This document shows, piece by piece, positions 13,015 to 27,101 of a DNA stretch of 64,000 bases. This DNA comes from Heptranchias perlo. Its lineage: Eukaryota. Under the pieces are notes generated by a model. The model was not told where the DNA came from. It made no database searches and saw nothing but the letters and a program-made list of their open reading frames with translations. The position numbers and the translations under genes were made by a program. The stretch spans positions 1,550,001-1,614,000 of the forward strand of contig NW_027138407.1 of NCBI RefSeq assembly GCF_035084215.1, in the 5' to 3' direction. Positions within the stretch are counted from its first letter, which is position 1; each line of letters starts with the position of its first letter.

Positions 13015-13584
13015 GGTGTGTGGTTCAGAGTTCGACAGAAAATAGCGGAATATTTTAAATACGTTGCCACTTCTATTCTGATATTAAAGAGTAAACTCAG
13101 ATCAGGGGCAGGATTCACTTATTGTAAAACTAAGGGGCGTTTCCGAGGGACCCGATTGGCTGGTCTATCGGAACTGATGCCAAATGTGCACCAATCACAG
13201 TTCGTTGTGGACGAATTAACTGATAGCTCTCTCCCAACGCTTTTCTTCCCTGTCTGCCTGTCTGATTTTCGTTCTGTGTCTCTCTGTCAATCTTCCCGTC
13301 TCCCTCTCGCTTTTTCTCTCTTTCTGTCTGCTTACCTCTGTGTCTCTCCCTCTATACCCCACTCTGTCTCTGTCTCCGTCTTCATCCGGTTGTCTCCATC
13401 CCTCTGCCTGTGACACTCTATTTCTCAGGCACTATTTCTGTCTCTGTCTATTACTGTCTTCATCTCTGTCAGTTTCTATGCATTTCACTTCCTCTCTTTC
13501 TCTCCCTTTCTGTCTGTCTCACTTTGTTTCTCTGTCTCTCCCTTTCTCGCGCTCTCTCTTTCTCTTTCTCTCTCTCTCTATCTT

Positions 13585-13618
<34 letters not shown>

Positions 13619-13746
13619 ACAGTAGCAGCACTGACCTTAACGAGAGAAAACCGCTTGAATCAGCCTGGGAATAAACATCCGGAGATGGAGATGGGAAAAT
13701 GTATCTGGATTGGGGAATATTGTTGCAAGATTTCAATATCACCGAC

Positions 13747-13792
13747 CTGTGAACAGGACAATAACCAGAGTCAGGCAGAGTTTCACCTCCAT
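13747..13792 (-). other. Orphan family-2 leader exon, intact
   Basis: MEVKLCLTLVIVLFT-G|GTCGGT, with no V2 exon downstream. Confidence 0.85.
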
Positions 13793-14865
13793 GATTCCAG
13801 TCTGAACTCCAGAAACACGAGACTGCCTTTAGCGGGCCTTGGATTGGAGACGCTAAAACAGCAAACGGATCTCATCAGATGTTCTGGGATTTCTTTTTTT
13901 GCCCATTTGTGTCTTTCCAATAATCATTTCCTGCAGGTAGCGTTCAGAGAGCTCCCTCCTGTGGACAGCACAAGCCTCACATAGTTCATTGCAACTACAA
14001 ACACAACAGATATACTCAGAAACACACACAGAGAGACAGAGAGATTAACACAAACAAATAAAGACACACACACACACGTATGCATAGGCATACAGGCCAA
14101 CATAAACCCAGATACACATAATGGTTGATATCTGTGAAGATTTTTGATGTGCATTTAGCTGTAAGTTGTTGAAGATGTCTGAGCTTTAACAAGTGATCAG
14201 AGAACGCCCTCCTGTGTATATTATAATCCTCACACACAGCATTCGACACAAAGACACAAACACGGACAGACGGACACTAACGGCTTGACTGTGCCTCTCA
14301 CATGAAGAAAATGCAAAGGTCAGCCATTACATGACTCATGAACGATTTTGATCGTGTAATTAATGAGAAGTTGTTTCCAATGGTAGAAGGTCGCCAAAGG
14401 ACACAGATTTAAGGTGATCAGCGAAATTGCCAGACTCGACAAGACGAAACATTTTTCATGCAGCGAGTTGTGATCATCTGGAATTTACTGCCTGAAAGGG
14501 TGGTGGAAGCTGATTCAATCGTAACTTTCAAAAGAAAGTTAGATAATTCATGAAGGGAAAATATTTAAAATGCTATAGGAAAAGAGGAGGCTAATGGGAC
14601 TAATTGGTTAATTATTTCAAAGAGCCGGCACAGGCACGATGGGCGGAATGGCCTCCTCATGTCCTGTGCCTGCTCTGATATTATGACACCATGATAATAT
14701 AACACCATGATACCATGATACTATATACTATGTCGGTGCCTCCATATATCTTTCCATCTTTCGTTCTATCTATCTATCAGATCACGAGCGCAACAATTCA
14801 GTGAGAGAAGGTGAGAGACCTTTGCTGGTTTTTGTACGGTCTGACTGCGCCCCTGTAACAGTGTG

Positions 14866-15302
14866 GGCTCCATGGCACAGAGATACACGGCAGAGTCAGA
14901 GACAAGAGCCCCGGTGATGGATAAAGGAACCGTTTTCTTGGCTTTGTCCAAATTAGCAGAGAACCGATCTGCGAAATCTGAAGATTTATCTCCCTGCCCC
15001 GAGCTATATATCTTCAATAAATATCTCGGAGCTTCCCCGGGATACTGGATGTACCAGAAGAGAGTTCGGACACTGCTTGTTGTCGAGTAACTACAGTTCA
15101 GTATTATGGTCTGTCCTTCCTGAACCGTTAATTCAGGCGGATCCTGGAACACTGAGTCTTTGCCACTCGTTCCTGTAACAAAATACAGAATGTGTCACAA
15201 TCTGCGAGTAAATGAAATGCATGAAACAAGCACTGATCATTAAAACATAGACTCACCGGGCAGTACGATCATTATTATCAGTAAGGAACATGGGGAGCAC
15301 AT
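14866..15302 (-). CDS. TCR alpha/delta V segment, family 1 (V1-5)
   Basis: Leader 15257-15302. V exon 14866-15172. RSS 14827-14865 CACACTG-23-ACAAAAACC. Confidence 0.93.
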
Positions 15303-16477
15303 GGTGTGTGGTTTAGAGTTAGATAGAGAAGAACCGAATGTTATCAATATGTTGCCACTTCTTCTCTGATATTAAGGAGTAATCTCAGATCAGGGGCAGG
15401 ATTCACTTCTTGTAAAACTAAGGGCCGTTTCCCAGGGACCGAATTGGCTGGTCTCTCAGCACTGATGCCAAATGTGCACCAATCACAGTTAGTTGTGGGC
15501 TAATTAACTGATAGCTCTCTCCCAACGCTTTCCTTCCCTGTCTGTCTCTGCCTGTCTCATTGCCTTTCTCTGCCTCTCTCTGTGAATCTTTCTGACTCCC
15601 TCTCGCTTTTTCTCTCTTTCTGTCTGCTTACCGCTGTGTCGCGAACCCTACACCCCGTCCCCGTCTCTAACTCTGCTCCTTCTCTCTCAGTCTGTCTCTC
15701 TCTGTCTGTGACACTCTATTTCTCTGTCTTTCTCTATGTCTGTCTGTTTCCCCCTTTTTCTCTGTCGGCTTCTATGTCTCTCTCTGCCTCAATCTCTTCC
15801 TCACTTTCTCGCTCTCTCTCTCTCTCTCTTTGTCCCACTCTATTTCTCCATTTCTCCCTATGGCTCTCCCTCTCCTCGATCTCTCTCTCTCCCTTTCTCT
15901 CTCTCTCTCTCATTAAGGTGACAAATGAAAAATATCTGAATCAGTCTCGATCCCCGGTATCACGGAGTGCTCTCCACAATCAATGAGCTCCATTAATAGT
16001 CACAGACTTAGGGTCACGAGTGACATCACAATTTGACATATCTCTTGAAAGCTTCCGGTGGTACCACTGGATTTGAACTTGTACCAGTAAAGTGCTGATT
16101 TCAGTCACTCACTATTTCTAACCGTTCGGTCCCCAGGAGCTTTGAAGAATGAAGCCCCTAAGGCTGCCCTTTGAGATTAGACAGCTTCTGAACGATGTGA
16201 CCCGACGGATCTGCACCAGTTACAACGTTTTAGTTGCACAGATGGATCCTGTTATTCATCCCAGAGATCTGCAAGTCGGCGCTAACAGTGGCCTGGAAAT
16301 GTCTGAATTTGACCCTGGATTAAGTGGTTGAGAAATGTCACATTTCCCAACACTGACAGGACTGACGTCAACTGGAGAAAACCGCTTGAATCAGCCAGGG
16401 AATATTCATCCGGAGAGGAAGATCGGAAAATGTATCAGGATTCGGAAATATTGTTGGTAGTTTCCAATATCACCGAC

Positions 16478-16523
16478 CTGTGATCAGGACAATAACCAGA
16501 GTCAGGCAAAGTTTCACCTGCAT
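16478..16523 (-). other. Orphan family-2 leader exon, intact
   Basis: MQVKLCLTLVIVLIT-G|GTCGGT. Confidence 0.85.
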
Positions 16524-17534
16524 GATTCCAGTCTGAACTCCGGAAACATGAGACTGCCTTTACCGGGCCTGGGATGCGAGGCGCCAAAACAGCAAAATGA
16601 TCACATCAGATGTTCTGCGATTTCATTTGTGTTTCTCGAAACAATCATTTCCGGTAGATGGCGTTCAGAGTGCCCCCTCCTGTGGACAGCACAAGCCTCA
16701 CACCGTTCATTCGAAATACAAATACAACAGATTCACTCACAAACCTGCACAGAGAGACAGAGAGATTAACACACACAAATACAGACACACACACATACGC
16801 ATACAGGCCAACATCAACCTAGATAGACATAATGGTTGAAATCTGTGGAGACGATTGATGTGCATTCAGCTCTAAATTGTTAAAGGTGCCTGATCTTTAA
16901 CAAGTGATCAGAGAACGCCCTCCTGTGTATATTGTAATCCTCACACAGAATTCGACATGCAGACACAACCCCGGACAGACGGACACTGACTGCTTGACTG
17001 TGCCTCTCACATGAAGAAAATGCAAAGACCAGCCATTACATGACTTATTTTTCATAGAGTAAATAAGGAGAAATTGTTTCCAATGGTAGAAGGGTCGGTA
17101 ACCAGAGGACAAAGATTGAAGGTGATCTGCAAAAGTGCCAGAGGCGACATGAGGAAACATTTTTTACGCAGCGAGTTTTAATTATCTGGAATGCCCCGGA
17201 AGAGTGGTGGCAGTAGATTGAATGGTAACTTTCAAAAGAGAATTCGATAGACACACAATGGGATAATATTTAAAGCGTTATGGGGAAAGAGCAGGCGCAT
17301 GGGATTACTTGAATAGCTCTTTTAAAGAGCGGGCACTGGCACGATGGCAAAATGGCCTTCTGATGTGCTGTAACGACACTGATACTATGATACTATGTCT
17401 GTCGGTGTCTCTATATATCCATCTATCTTTCCTTCTATCTACCTATCAGTTCACGAGCGCACCAATTCAGTGAGAGGAGGTGAGAGACTTTTGATGGTTT
17501 TTGTACGGTCTGACTGCGTCCCTGTCACAGTGTG

Positions 17535-17971
17535 GGCTGCATGGCACAGAGATACACGGCAGAGTCAGAGACAAGAGCCCAGGTGATACGTAAAGGAACC
17601 GTTTTCTTGGCTTTGTCCAAATTAGCAGAGAACCGGTCAGCGAAATCTGAAGATTTATCTCCCTGCTCCCCGCTATATCTCCTCAGTAAATATCGCGGAG
17701 CTTCCCCGGGATACTGGATGTACCAGAAGAGAGTTGGGTTATTGAATGTTGTCGAATAACTGCAGTCCAACATTACGGTCTGTTCTTCCTGAACCGTTAA
17801 TTCAGGCGGATCCTGGGACACTGAGTCTTCGCCATTCGTTGCTGTAACAAAATACAGAATGTGTCAAAAGTTTGGGAGTTAATATAATCCATGAAACACA
17901 CACTGATCATTAAACATAGACTCACCGGGCAGCACCATCATTATTATCAGTAAGGAACATGGGGAGCGCAT
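17535..17971 (-). CDS. TCR alpha/delta V segment, family 1 (V1-6)
   Basis: Leader 17926-17971. V exon 17535-17841. RSS 17496-17534 CACACTG-23-ACAAAAACC. Confidence 0.93.
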
Positions 17972-18696
17972 GCTGTGTGATTTACAGTTCGACAGAAAAT
18001 AGCGGAATGTTTACAATATGTTGACACTTCGAGCCTGATATTAAAGAGTAAACTCAAATCAGGGGCAGGATTCACTTATTGGGAAACTAAGGGGCGTTTC
18101 CCACGGACCGAATTGGGTGGTCTCTCGGAAATGATGCCAGATGAGCACCAATCACAGTTAATTGTGGACGAATTAACTGATGGCTCTCGCCAAACGCTTT
18201 CCTTCCCTGTTTGTGTCCGTCTGTCTGTCTCATTTTCTTTCTCTGTGTCTCTCTCTGTCATCTTTCTGTCTCCCTCTCGCTTTTTCTCTTTTTCTGTCTG
18301 TTTACCTCTGTGTCTAGCTCCATACCCCATTCTGTCTCTGTCTCCTTCTCCATCCGGCTGCTTCTCTCCCTCTGCCTGTGACATTCCATTTCTCTATCTC
18401 TATTTCTCTCTCTGTCTATTGCTCTCTTTATCTCGATCAGTTTCTGTGCCTTCCTCTGAATCGCTCGCTTCCTGTCTTTCTCTCTCATTCTGCCTGTCCC
18501 AGTCTGTTTCTCTGTCTGTGTCTCTCTCTGTCTCTCTGTCTTTTTCTCCCTCTCTCTCTCATTTCGCAACACTAACGACACTGACCATAACGAGAAAAAA
18601 CCGCTTGAATCCGCCAGTGAATAATCATCCTGAGATGGAGATGGGAAAATGTATCAGGATTGGGGAATATTGTTGGAAGGTTCCAATATCACCGAC

Positions 18697-18741
18697 CTGT
18701 GATCAGGACAATAACCAGATTCAGGCAGAGTTCACCGCCAT
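18697..18741 (-). pseudogene. Orphan family-2 leader exon (frameshifted)
   Basis: Same 1-nt deletion as 3619-3663. Confidence 0.8.
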
Positions 18742-19792
18742 GATTCCAGTCTGGAATCCAGAAACACGAGACTGCCTTTAGCGGGCCTGGGATTGGAGAC
18801 GCTAGAATAGCCAACGGAACTCATCAGATGTTCTCGGATTTCTTTTTATGCCCATTTGTGTCTCTCGAAACAATCATTTCCTGCAGATGACGATCAGGGA
18901 GCGGCCTCCTGTGGACAGCACAAGCCACACACAGTTCATTGGAAATACAAACACAACAGAAACACTCATTAACACACACATGGAGACACGGAGAGATTGA
19001 CACACACAAATACAGACAAACATACATTTGCATACACCCCAACATCAACACAGATGCACATAATGGTTGATATCTGTGGAGATTATTGATGTGCGTTCAG
19101 CTCAAAGTTACTGATCTTTAACAAATGATCAGAGAACGCCCTCCTGTGTATATTATAATCCGCCCATATAGCATTCAACACACAGACACAACCACGGACA
19201 GACAGGCACTAACTGCTTGATTGTACCTCTCACATCAAGAAAATGCAAAGACCAGCCAAGATATGACGCATGAACGGTTTTGACAGTGAAAATGAGGACA
19301 ATTTGTTTCCAATTGGAGAAGGAGCGCTAACCAGAGGACACAGATTTAAGGTGATCTGCAAAATTGCCGGAGGCGACATGAGGAAACATTATTTTTACGC
19401 ACCGAGTTGTAATGATCTGGAATGCACTGCGTGAAAGGGTGGTGGAAGAAGATTCAATGGTAACTTTCAAAATGGAATTCGATAAATTCATAAAGGGAAA
19501 ATATTTAAAGGGAAATGAGGAAAGAGCAGGGGAATGGGAATAATTGGATAGTTCTTTTAAAGAGCCAGCACAGGAAGGATGGGCTGAATGGCCTACTCAT
19601 GTGCTGTGCCTACTCTGATACTATGATACTGTGATATTATGTCTGTCGGTGCCGTTGCCTCTGTCCATCTGGCTGTCTTTCCTTCTTTCTATTTCTCTAC
19701 ATATCAGTTCATGAGGGCAACAATTCAGTGAGAGGAGGTGAGTGACCTTTGCTGGTTTTTGTACAGTCCGACTGCGTCCCTGTCACAGTATG

Positions 19793-20230
19793 GGCTTCAA
19801 GGCACAGAGATACACGGCAGAGTCAGAGACAAGAGCTCCGCTGATATTGAAAGGAACCGTTTTGTTTGCTTTGTCCAAATTAGCAGAGAACCGATCTGAA
19901 AAGTCTGAAGATTTATCTCCCTGCCCCCAGCTATATCTCCTCAGTAAATATCTCGGAGCTTCCCCGGGATACTGGATGTACCAGAAGAGAGTCGGGGTAT
20001 TGTCTGTTGTCGAGTAACTACAGTTCAGTATTAAAGTCTGTCCTTCCTGAACCGTTAATTCAGGCGGATCCTGGGACACTGAGTCTTTGCCACTCGTTCC
20101 TGTAACAAAATACAGAATGTGTCAAAAGTCAGGGAGTAAATATAATCCATGAAACACACACTGACCATTTAAACATAGACTCACCGGGCAGCACCATCAT
20201 TATTATCAGTAAGGAACATGGGGAGCACAT
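19793..20230 (-). CDS. TCR alpha/delta V segment, family 1 (V1-7), open frame but defective RSS heptamer
   Basis: Leader 20185-20230. V exon 19793-20099 open. RSS 19754-19792 reads CATACTG-23-ACAAAAACC, so the invariant CAC is lost. Confidence 0.88.
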
Positions 20231-20704
20231 GGTGTGTGGTTTAGATTCGACAGAAAATAGCCGAATGTTTTCAATACGTTGCCACTTCTATTCTGATATT
20301 AAAGAGTAAACTCAGATCAGGGGCAGGATTCACTTATTGGAAAACTAAGGCGCGTTTCCCGAGGGACGCAATTGGCTGGTCTCTCAGAACTGATGCCAAA
20401 TCTGCACCAATCACAGTTAGTTGTCGACTAATTAACTGATAGCTCTCTCCCAACGTTTTCCTTCCCTGTCTGTGTCTGTCTGTCTGTCTCATTTTCGTTC
20501 TCTGTGTCTCTCTGTCAATCTTTTTGTCTCCCTCTCGCTTTTTCTCTCTTTCTGTCTGCTTACCTCTCTGTCTCTATCCACATAACCCACTCTGTCTCTG
20601 TCTCCGTCTTCATCAAGCTGTCTCTATCCCTCTGCCTGTGACACTCTATTTCTCAGTCTCTATTTCTGTCTCTGTCGATTGCTCTTTTCATCTCTGTCAG
20701 TTTC

Positions 20705-20917
20705 CATCAATAATCTCCGCAGATATCAACCATTATGTGTATCTGGGTTTATGTTAACATGTATGCATATGCATATGTGTGTTTGCCTGTGTTTGTGTGT
20801 GTGAATCTCTCTGTCTCTCTGGATGTGTTCATGCGTGTATCTGTTGTGTTTGTATTTGCAATTAACTCTGTGAGGCTTGTGCTGTCCACAGGAGGGCGCT
20901 CTCTGACCGACACCTGC
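20705..20917 (+). repeat. Inverted copy (213 bp) of the CTCF-like/CA segment
   Basis: Reverse complement of about 21350-21560. Confidence 0.9.
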
Positions 20918-21162
20918 TTCCTCTCTTTCTCTCCCTTTCTGTCTGTCTCACTTTGTTTCCCTCTCTCTCTCTCTGTTTCTCTTTCTCTCTCTCTCTCTAT
21001 CCGTCTCTCTATCTCTATCTTTCTCTCATTTCCCAACACTAACAGCACTGGCCTTACCTAGAGAAATCCGCGTGAATCACCCAGGGAATAATCATCCGGA
21101 GATGGAGATGGGAAAATCGAACAGGATTGGGAATATTGTTGGAAGGTTCCAATATCACCGAC

Positions 21163-21208
21163 CTGTGATCAGGACAATAACCAGAGTCAGGCACAGTTTC
21201 ACCTCCAT
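21163..21208 (-). other. Orphan family-2 leader exon, intact
   Basis: MEVKLCLTLVIVLIT-G|GTCGGT. Confidence 0.85.
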
Positions 21209-22194
21209 GATTCCAGTCTGAACTCCAGAAACTCGAGGCTGCCTTTGCCGGGCCTGGGAATGGAGACGCTAAAAGAGCAATGGAATCTCATCAGATGTTC
21301 TTCGATTTCTTTTTCTGCCCATTTGTGTCTCTCGAAACAATCATTTCCCGCAGGTGGCGTTCAGAGGGCGCCCTCCTGTGGACAGCACAAGCCTCACACA
21401 ATTCATTGGAAATACAAACACAACAGATATACACATAAAAACACAGAGAGACAGAGAGATTAACACACACAAATACAGACACACACACATTTGCATAGGC
21501 AAACACGTTAACATAAACACAGATAAACATAATGGTCCATATCTGTGGAGATTATTGATGTGCATTTAGCAGTAATTGTTAAAAATAACTGATCTTTAAC
21601 AATTGATCAGAGAACGCCCTCCTGTGTATATTATAATCCTCACACACAGCATTCGACACAAAGACACAAACACAGACAGACCGACACTCACCGCTTGACT
21701 ATGCCTCTCACATGAAGAAAATGCAAAGGCCAGCCATTACATGACTCATGATTGTTTCCAGTGGCAGAGGACACAGATTTAAGGTGATCTGCAAAATTGC
21801 CAGAGGCAACTTGACGAAACATCTTTTAGGCAGCGAGTTGTGATGATCTGGAATGCGCTGCCTGAGAGGGCGGTGGAAGAAGATTCAAAAATAACTTTCA
21901 AAAGGGAATTCGATAAATACTTGAAGGCAAAATATTTAAAGGGCCATGGGAAAAGAGGAGGGCAATGGGACTAATTGGATGGATCTTTTAATGATCCAGC
22001 ACAGGCACGATGGGCCGAATGCCCTCCTCTTCTGCTGTGCCTAATCTGATACCACGATACTGTGATACAATGTCTATCGGTGCGTCTATATATCGATTAT
22101 ATCTTTCACTACACCAGCGCACCAATTCAGTGACAGGAGGTGAGAGGCCTTTGCTGATTTTTGTACTGTCTGAATGCGCCCCTGTAACAGTGTG

Positions 22195-22631
22195 GGCTTC
22201 ATGGCACAGAGATACACGGCAGAGTCAGAGACCAGAGCCCCGGTGATGTTTAAAGGAACCGTTTTCTTGGCTTTGTCCAAATTAGCAGAGAACCGGTCTG
22301 CAAAATCTGAAGATTTATCTCCCTGCCCCGAGCTATATATCTTCAATAAATATCTCGGAGCTTCCCCGGGATACTGGATGTACCAGAAGAGAGTTCGGAC
22401 ACTGCTTGTTGTCGAGCAGCTGCAGTTCAGTATTATGGTCTGTCCTTCCTGAACCGTTAATTCAGGCGGAGCCTGGGACACGGAGTCTTTGCCACTCGTT
22501 GCTGTAACAAAATACAGGATGTGTCAAAATCTGCGAGTAAATGTAATGCATGAAACATACACTGACCATTTAAACATAGACTCACCGGGCAGCGTGATCA
22601 TTATTATCAGTAAGAACCATGGAGAGCACAT
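22195..22631 (-). CDS. TCR alpha/delta V segment, family 1 (V1-8, A-type, extra Cys in CSC)
   Basis: Leader 22586-22631. V exon 22195-22501. RSS 22156-22194 CACACTG-23-ACAAAAATC. Confidence 0.92.
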
Positions 22632-23361
22632 GGTGTGTGGTTTAGAGTTAGACAGAAAATAGCCGAATGTTTTCAATATGTTGACCCTTCTCGTCTGATA
22701 TTAAAGAGTAAACTCAGATCAGGGGCAGGATTCACTTATTGGGAAACTAAGGGGCGTTTCCGAGGGACCCGATTGGCTGCTCTCTCAGAACTGATGCCAA
22801 ATCTGCACCAATCACAGTTAGTTGTGGACTAATTAACTGATAGCTCTCTCCCAACGCTTTCCTTCCCTGTCTGTGTCTCGCTACTTGTCTCATTTTCGTT
22901 CTCTGTGTCTCTCTGTCAATCTTCCCATCTTCCTCTCGCTGTTTCTCTCTTTCTGTCTGCTTACCTCTGTGTCTCTATCTCCAGACCCCACACTGTCTCT
23001 GTCTGTCTTCATCCGGCTGTCTCTATCCCTCTGCCTGTGACATTCTATTCCTCAGTCTCTGTTTCTGTCTCTGTCTATTACTCTCTTCATCTCCGTCAGT
23101 TCTTATGCATTTCGGTTCCTCTCTTTCTCACCCTTTCTGTCTGTTTCACTTTGTTTCTCTCTCACACACACTCGTTCTCTCTATCTATCTCTCTCTCTCT
23201 CTGTCTTTCTCTCTCTCGCTCCCTCGTCTCCCAACACTAACAGCACTGACCTTAACGAGAGAAAACCGCTTGAATCATCCAGAGAATAAACATCCGGAGA
23301 TGGAGATGGGAAAATCTAACAGGATTGGGGAATATTGTTGGAAGATTTCAATATCACCGAC

Positions 23362-23407
23362 GTTTGTTCAGGACAATAACCAGAGTCAGGCAAAGTTTCA
23401 CCTCCAT
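23362..23407 (-). other. Orphan family-2 leader exon, open frame, weakened donor
   Basis: MEVKLCLTLVIVLNK-C|GTCGGT. Confidence 0.8.
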
Positions 23408-24390
23408 GATTCCAGTCTGAACTCCAGAAACACGAGACTGCCTTTACAGGGCCTGGGATGGGAGACGCTGAAACAGCAAACGGATCTCAACAGATGTTCT
23501 GGGATTTCTTTTTCTGCCCATTTGTGTCTCTCTGAACAATCATTTCCTGCAGGTAGCGATCAGAGAGCGCCCTCCTGTGGACAGCACAAGCCCCACAGAG
23601 TTCATTGCAAATACAAACACAAAAGATATACTAATAAACACACAGAGACAGAGAGATTAACACACTCAAATACAGACACACACATATGAATGTCCATTCA
23701 CTTTAACATAACCCCAGATACAATTAATGGTTGACATCTGTGGAGATTATTGATGTGCATTCAGCTGTAAGTTTTTGAAGATGACTGATCTTGAACAAGT
23801 GATCAGAGAACGCCCTCCTGTGTATTTTATAATCCTCATAGTCAGCATTCGTCACAGAGAAACAACCACGGACAGACGGACACTAACGGCTTGACTGTGC
23901 CTCTCACATGAAGAAAATGCAAAGGCCAGCCATTACATGACTCATGATTGTTTCCTGTGCCAGAGGACACAGATTTACGGTGATCTGCAAAATTGCCAGA
24001 GGCAACTTGACGAAACATCTTTTCGGCAGCGAGTTCTCATGATCTGGAATGCGCTGCCTGAGAGGGCGGTGGAAGAAGATTCAAAAATAACTTTCAAAAG
24101 GGAATTCGATAAATACTTGAAGGCAAAATATTTAAAGGACCATGGGAAAATAGGAGGGCAATGGGACTAATTGGATAGATCTTTTAATGATCCAGCACAG
24201 GCACGATGGGCCGAATGCCCTCCTCTTCTGCTGTGCCTAATCTGATACTACGATACTGTGATACAATGTCTGTCGGTGCCTCTATATATCAATTATATCT
24301 TTCACTGCACCAGCGCACCAATTCAGTGACAGGAGGTGAGAGGCCTTTGTTGGTTTTTGTACTGTCTGACTGCGCCCCTGTAACAGTGTG

Positions 24391-24827
24391 GGCTCCATGG
24401 CACAGAGATACAGAGCAGAGTCAGAGACCAGAACCCCGGTGATGTTTAAAGGAACGGTTTTCTTGGCTTTGTCCAAATTAGCAGAGAACCGGTCTGCAAA
24501 ATCTGAAGATTTATCTCCCTGCCCCGAGCTATATATCTTCAATAAATATCTCGGAGCTTCCCCGGGATACTGGATGTACCAGAAGAGAGTTCGGACACTG
24601 CTTGTTGTCGAGCAGCTGCAGTTCAGTATTATGGTCTGTCCTTCCTGAACCGTTAATTCAGGCGGAGCCTGGGACACGGAGTCTTTGCCACTCGTTGCTG
24701 TAACAAAATACAGGATGTGTCAAAATCTGCGAGTAAATGTAATGCATGAAACATACACTGACCATTTAAACATAGACTCACCGGGCAGCGTGATCATTAT
24801 TATCAGTAAGAACCATGGAGAGCACAT
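24391..24827 (-). CDS. TCR alpha/delta V segment, family 1 (V1-9, A-type)
   Basis: Leader 24782-24827. V exon 24391-24697. RSS 24352-24390 CACACTG-23-ACAAAAACC. Confidence 0.92.
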
Positions 24828-25557
24828 GGTGTGTGGTTCAGAGTTAGACAGAAAATAGCCCAATGTTTTCAATATGTTGACCCTTCTCGTCTCATATTAA
24901 AGAGTAAACTCAGATCAGGGGCAGGATTCACTTATTGGGAAACTAAGGGGCGTTTCCGAGGGACCCGATTGGCTGGTCTCTCAGAACTGATGCCAAATCT
25001 GCACCAATCACAGTTAGTTGTGGACTAATTAACTGATATCTCTCTCCCAACGCTTTCCTTCCCTGTCTGTGTCTCGCTACTTGTCTCATTTTCGTTCTCT
25101 GTGTGTCTCTGTCAATCTTCCCGTCTTCCTCTCGCTGTTTCTCTCTTTCTGTCTGCTTACCTCTGTGTCTCTATCTCCAGACCCCACTCTGCATCTGTCT
25201 GTCTTCATCCGGCTGTCTCTATCCCTCTGCCTGTGACATTCTATTCCTCAGTCTCTGTTTCTGTCTCTGTCTATTACACTCTTCATCTCCGTCAGTTCTT
25301 ATGCATTTCGGTTCCTCTCTTTCTCACCCTTTCTGTCTGTTTCACGTTGTTCCTCTCTCACACACACTCGTTCTCTCCATCTATCTCTTTCTCTCTCTGT
25401 CTTTCTCTCTCTCGCTCTCTCGTCTCCCAACACTAACAGAACTGACCTTAACGAGAGAAAACTGCTTGCATCATCCAGAGAATAAACATCCGGAGATGGA
25501 GATGGGAAAATATATCAGGATTGGGGAATATTGTTGGAAGATTTCAATATCACCGAC

Positions 25558-25603
25558 GTTTGTTCAGGACAATAACCAGAGTCAGGCAGAGTTTCACCTC
25601 CAT
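25558..25603 (-). other. Orphan family-2 leader exon, open frame, weakened donor
   Basis: As 23362-23407. Confidence 0.8.
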
Positions 25604-26663
25604 GATTCCAGTCTGAACTCCAGAAACACGAGACTGCCTTTACAGGGCCTGGGATAGGATACGCTGAAACAGCAAACGGATCTCATCAGATGTTCTGGGA
25701 TTTCTTTTTCTGCCCATTTGTGTCTCTCTGAACAATCATTTCCTGCAGGTAGCGTTCAGAGAGCGCCCTCCTGTGGACAGCACAAGCCCCACAGAGTTCA
25801 TTGCAAATACAAACACAACAGATATACCAATAAACACACAGAGAGAGACAGAGAGATTAACACACACAAATACTGACACACACATATGAATGTGCATTCA
25901 CTTTAACATAACCCCAGATACAATTAATGGTTGACATCTGTGGAGATTATTGATGTGCATTCAGCTGTAAGTTTTTGAAGATGACTGATCTTTAACAAGT
26001 GATCAGAGAACGCCCTCCTGTGTATATTATAATCCTCACAGTCAGCATTCGTCACAGAGAAACAACCACGGACAGACGGACACTAACGGCTTGACTGTGC
26101 CTCTCACATGAAGAAAATGCAAAGACCAGCCATTACATGACTCATGAACGGTTTTGATAGTGTAAATTAGGAGAAATTGTTTCCAATGGGAGAAGGGTCG
26201 GTAACCTGAGGACACAGATTGAAGATGATCTGAAAAATTGCCAGAGGCGACATGAGGAAGCATTTTTTTACACAGCGAGTTGTGATGATCTGGAATGCAC
26301 TGCCTGAGGGGATTGTGGAATCAGATTCAATAGTAACTTTCAAAAGGGAATTCGATAAATACCTCAAGGGAAAATATTTAAAATGCTATGGGGAAAGACC
26401 AGGTTAATGGGACTAACTGTGTAGCTATTTTAAAGAGCCAGCACGGGCAAGATGGGCTAAAAGGCCTATTCATGAGTTGTGCCCACTGATATTATGATAC
26501 TGTGTTATTATGTCTGTCGGTGACGGTACCTCTGTCCATCTCTCTGTCTGTCCTTCTTTCTATCTCTCTACATATCAGTTCATGAGGGCAACAATTCAGT
26601 GAGTGGAGGTGAGTGACCTTTGCTGGTTTTTGTACGGTCTGACTGAGCCCCTGTCACAGTGTG

Positions 26664-27101
26664 GGCTGCATGGCACAGAGATACACGGCAGAGTCAGAGA
26701 CAAGAGCCCCACTGATATTTAAAGGAACCGTTTTGTTTGCTTTGTCAAAATTAGCAGAGAACCGATCTGCAATGTCTGAAGATTTATCTCCCTGCTCCCA
26801 GCTATATCTCCTCAGTAAATATCTTGGATCTTCCCCGGGACACTGGATGTACCAGAAGAGAGTTGGGCCACTGTCAGTTGTCGAGTAACGACAGTTCAGT
26901 ATTACAGTCTGTCCTTCCTGAACCGTTAATTCAGGCGGATCCTGGAACACGGAGTCTTTGCCACTCGTTCCTGTAACAAAATACAGAATGTGTCAAAAGT
27001 CTGGGAGTAAATATAATCCATGAAATACACAATGACCATTTAAACATAGACTTACCGGGCAGCACGATCATTATTATCAGTAAGAAACATGGGGAGCACA
27101 T
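26664..27101 (-). CDS. TCR alpha/delta V segment, family 1 (V1-10, B-type, extra Cys in WYIQC)
   Basis: Leader 27056-27101 (donor GTAAGT). V exon 26664-26970. RSS 26625-26663 CACACTG-23-ACAAAAACC. Confidence 0.92.
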
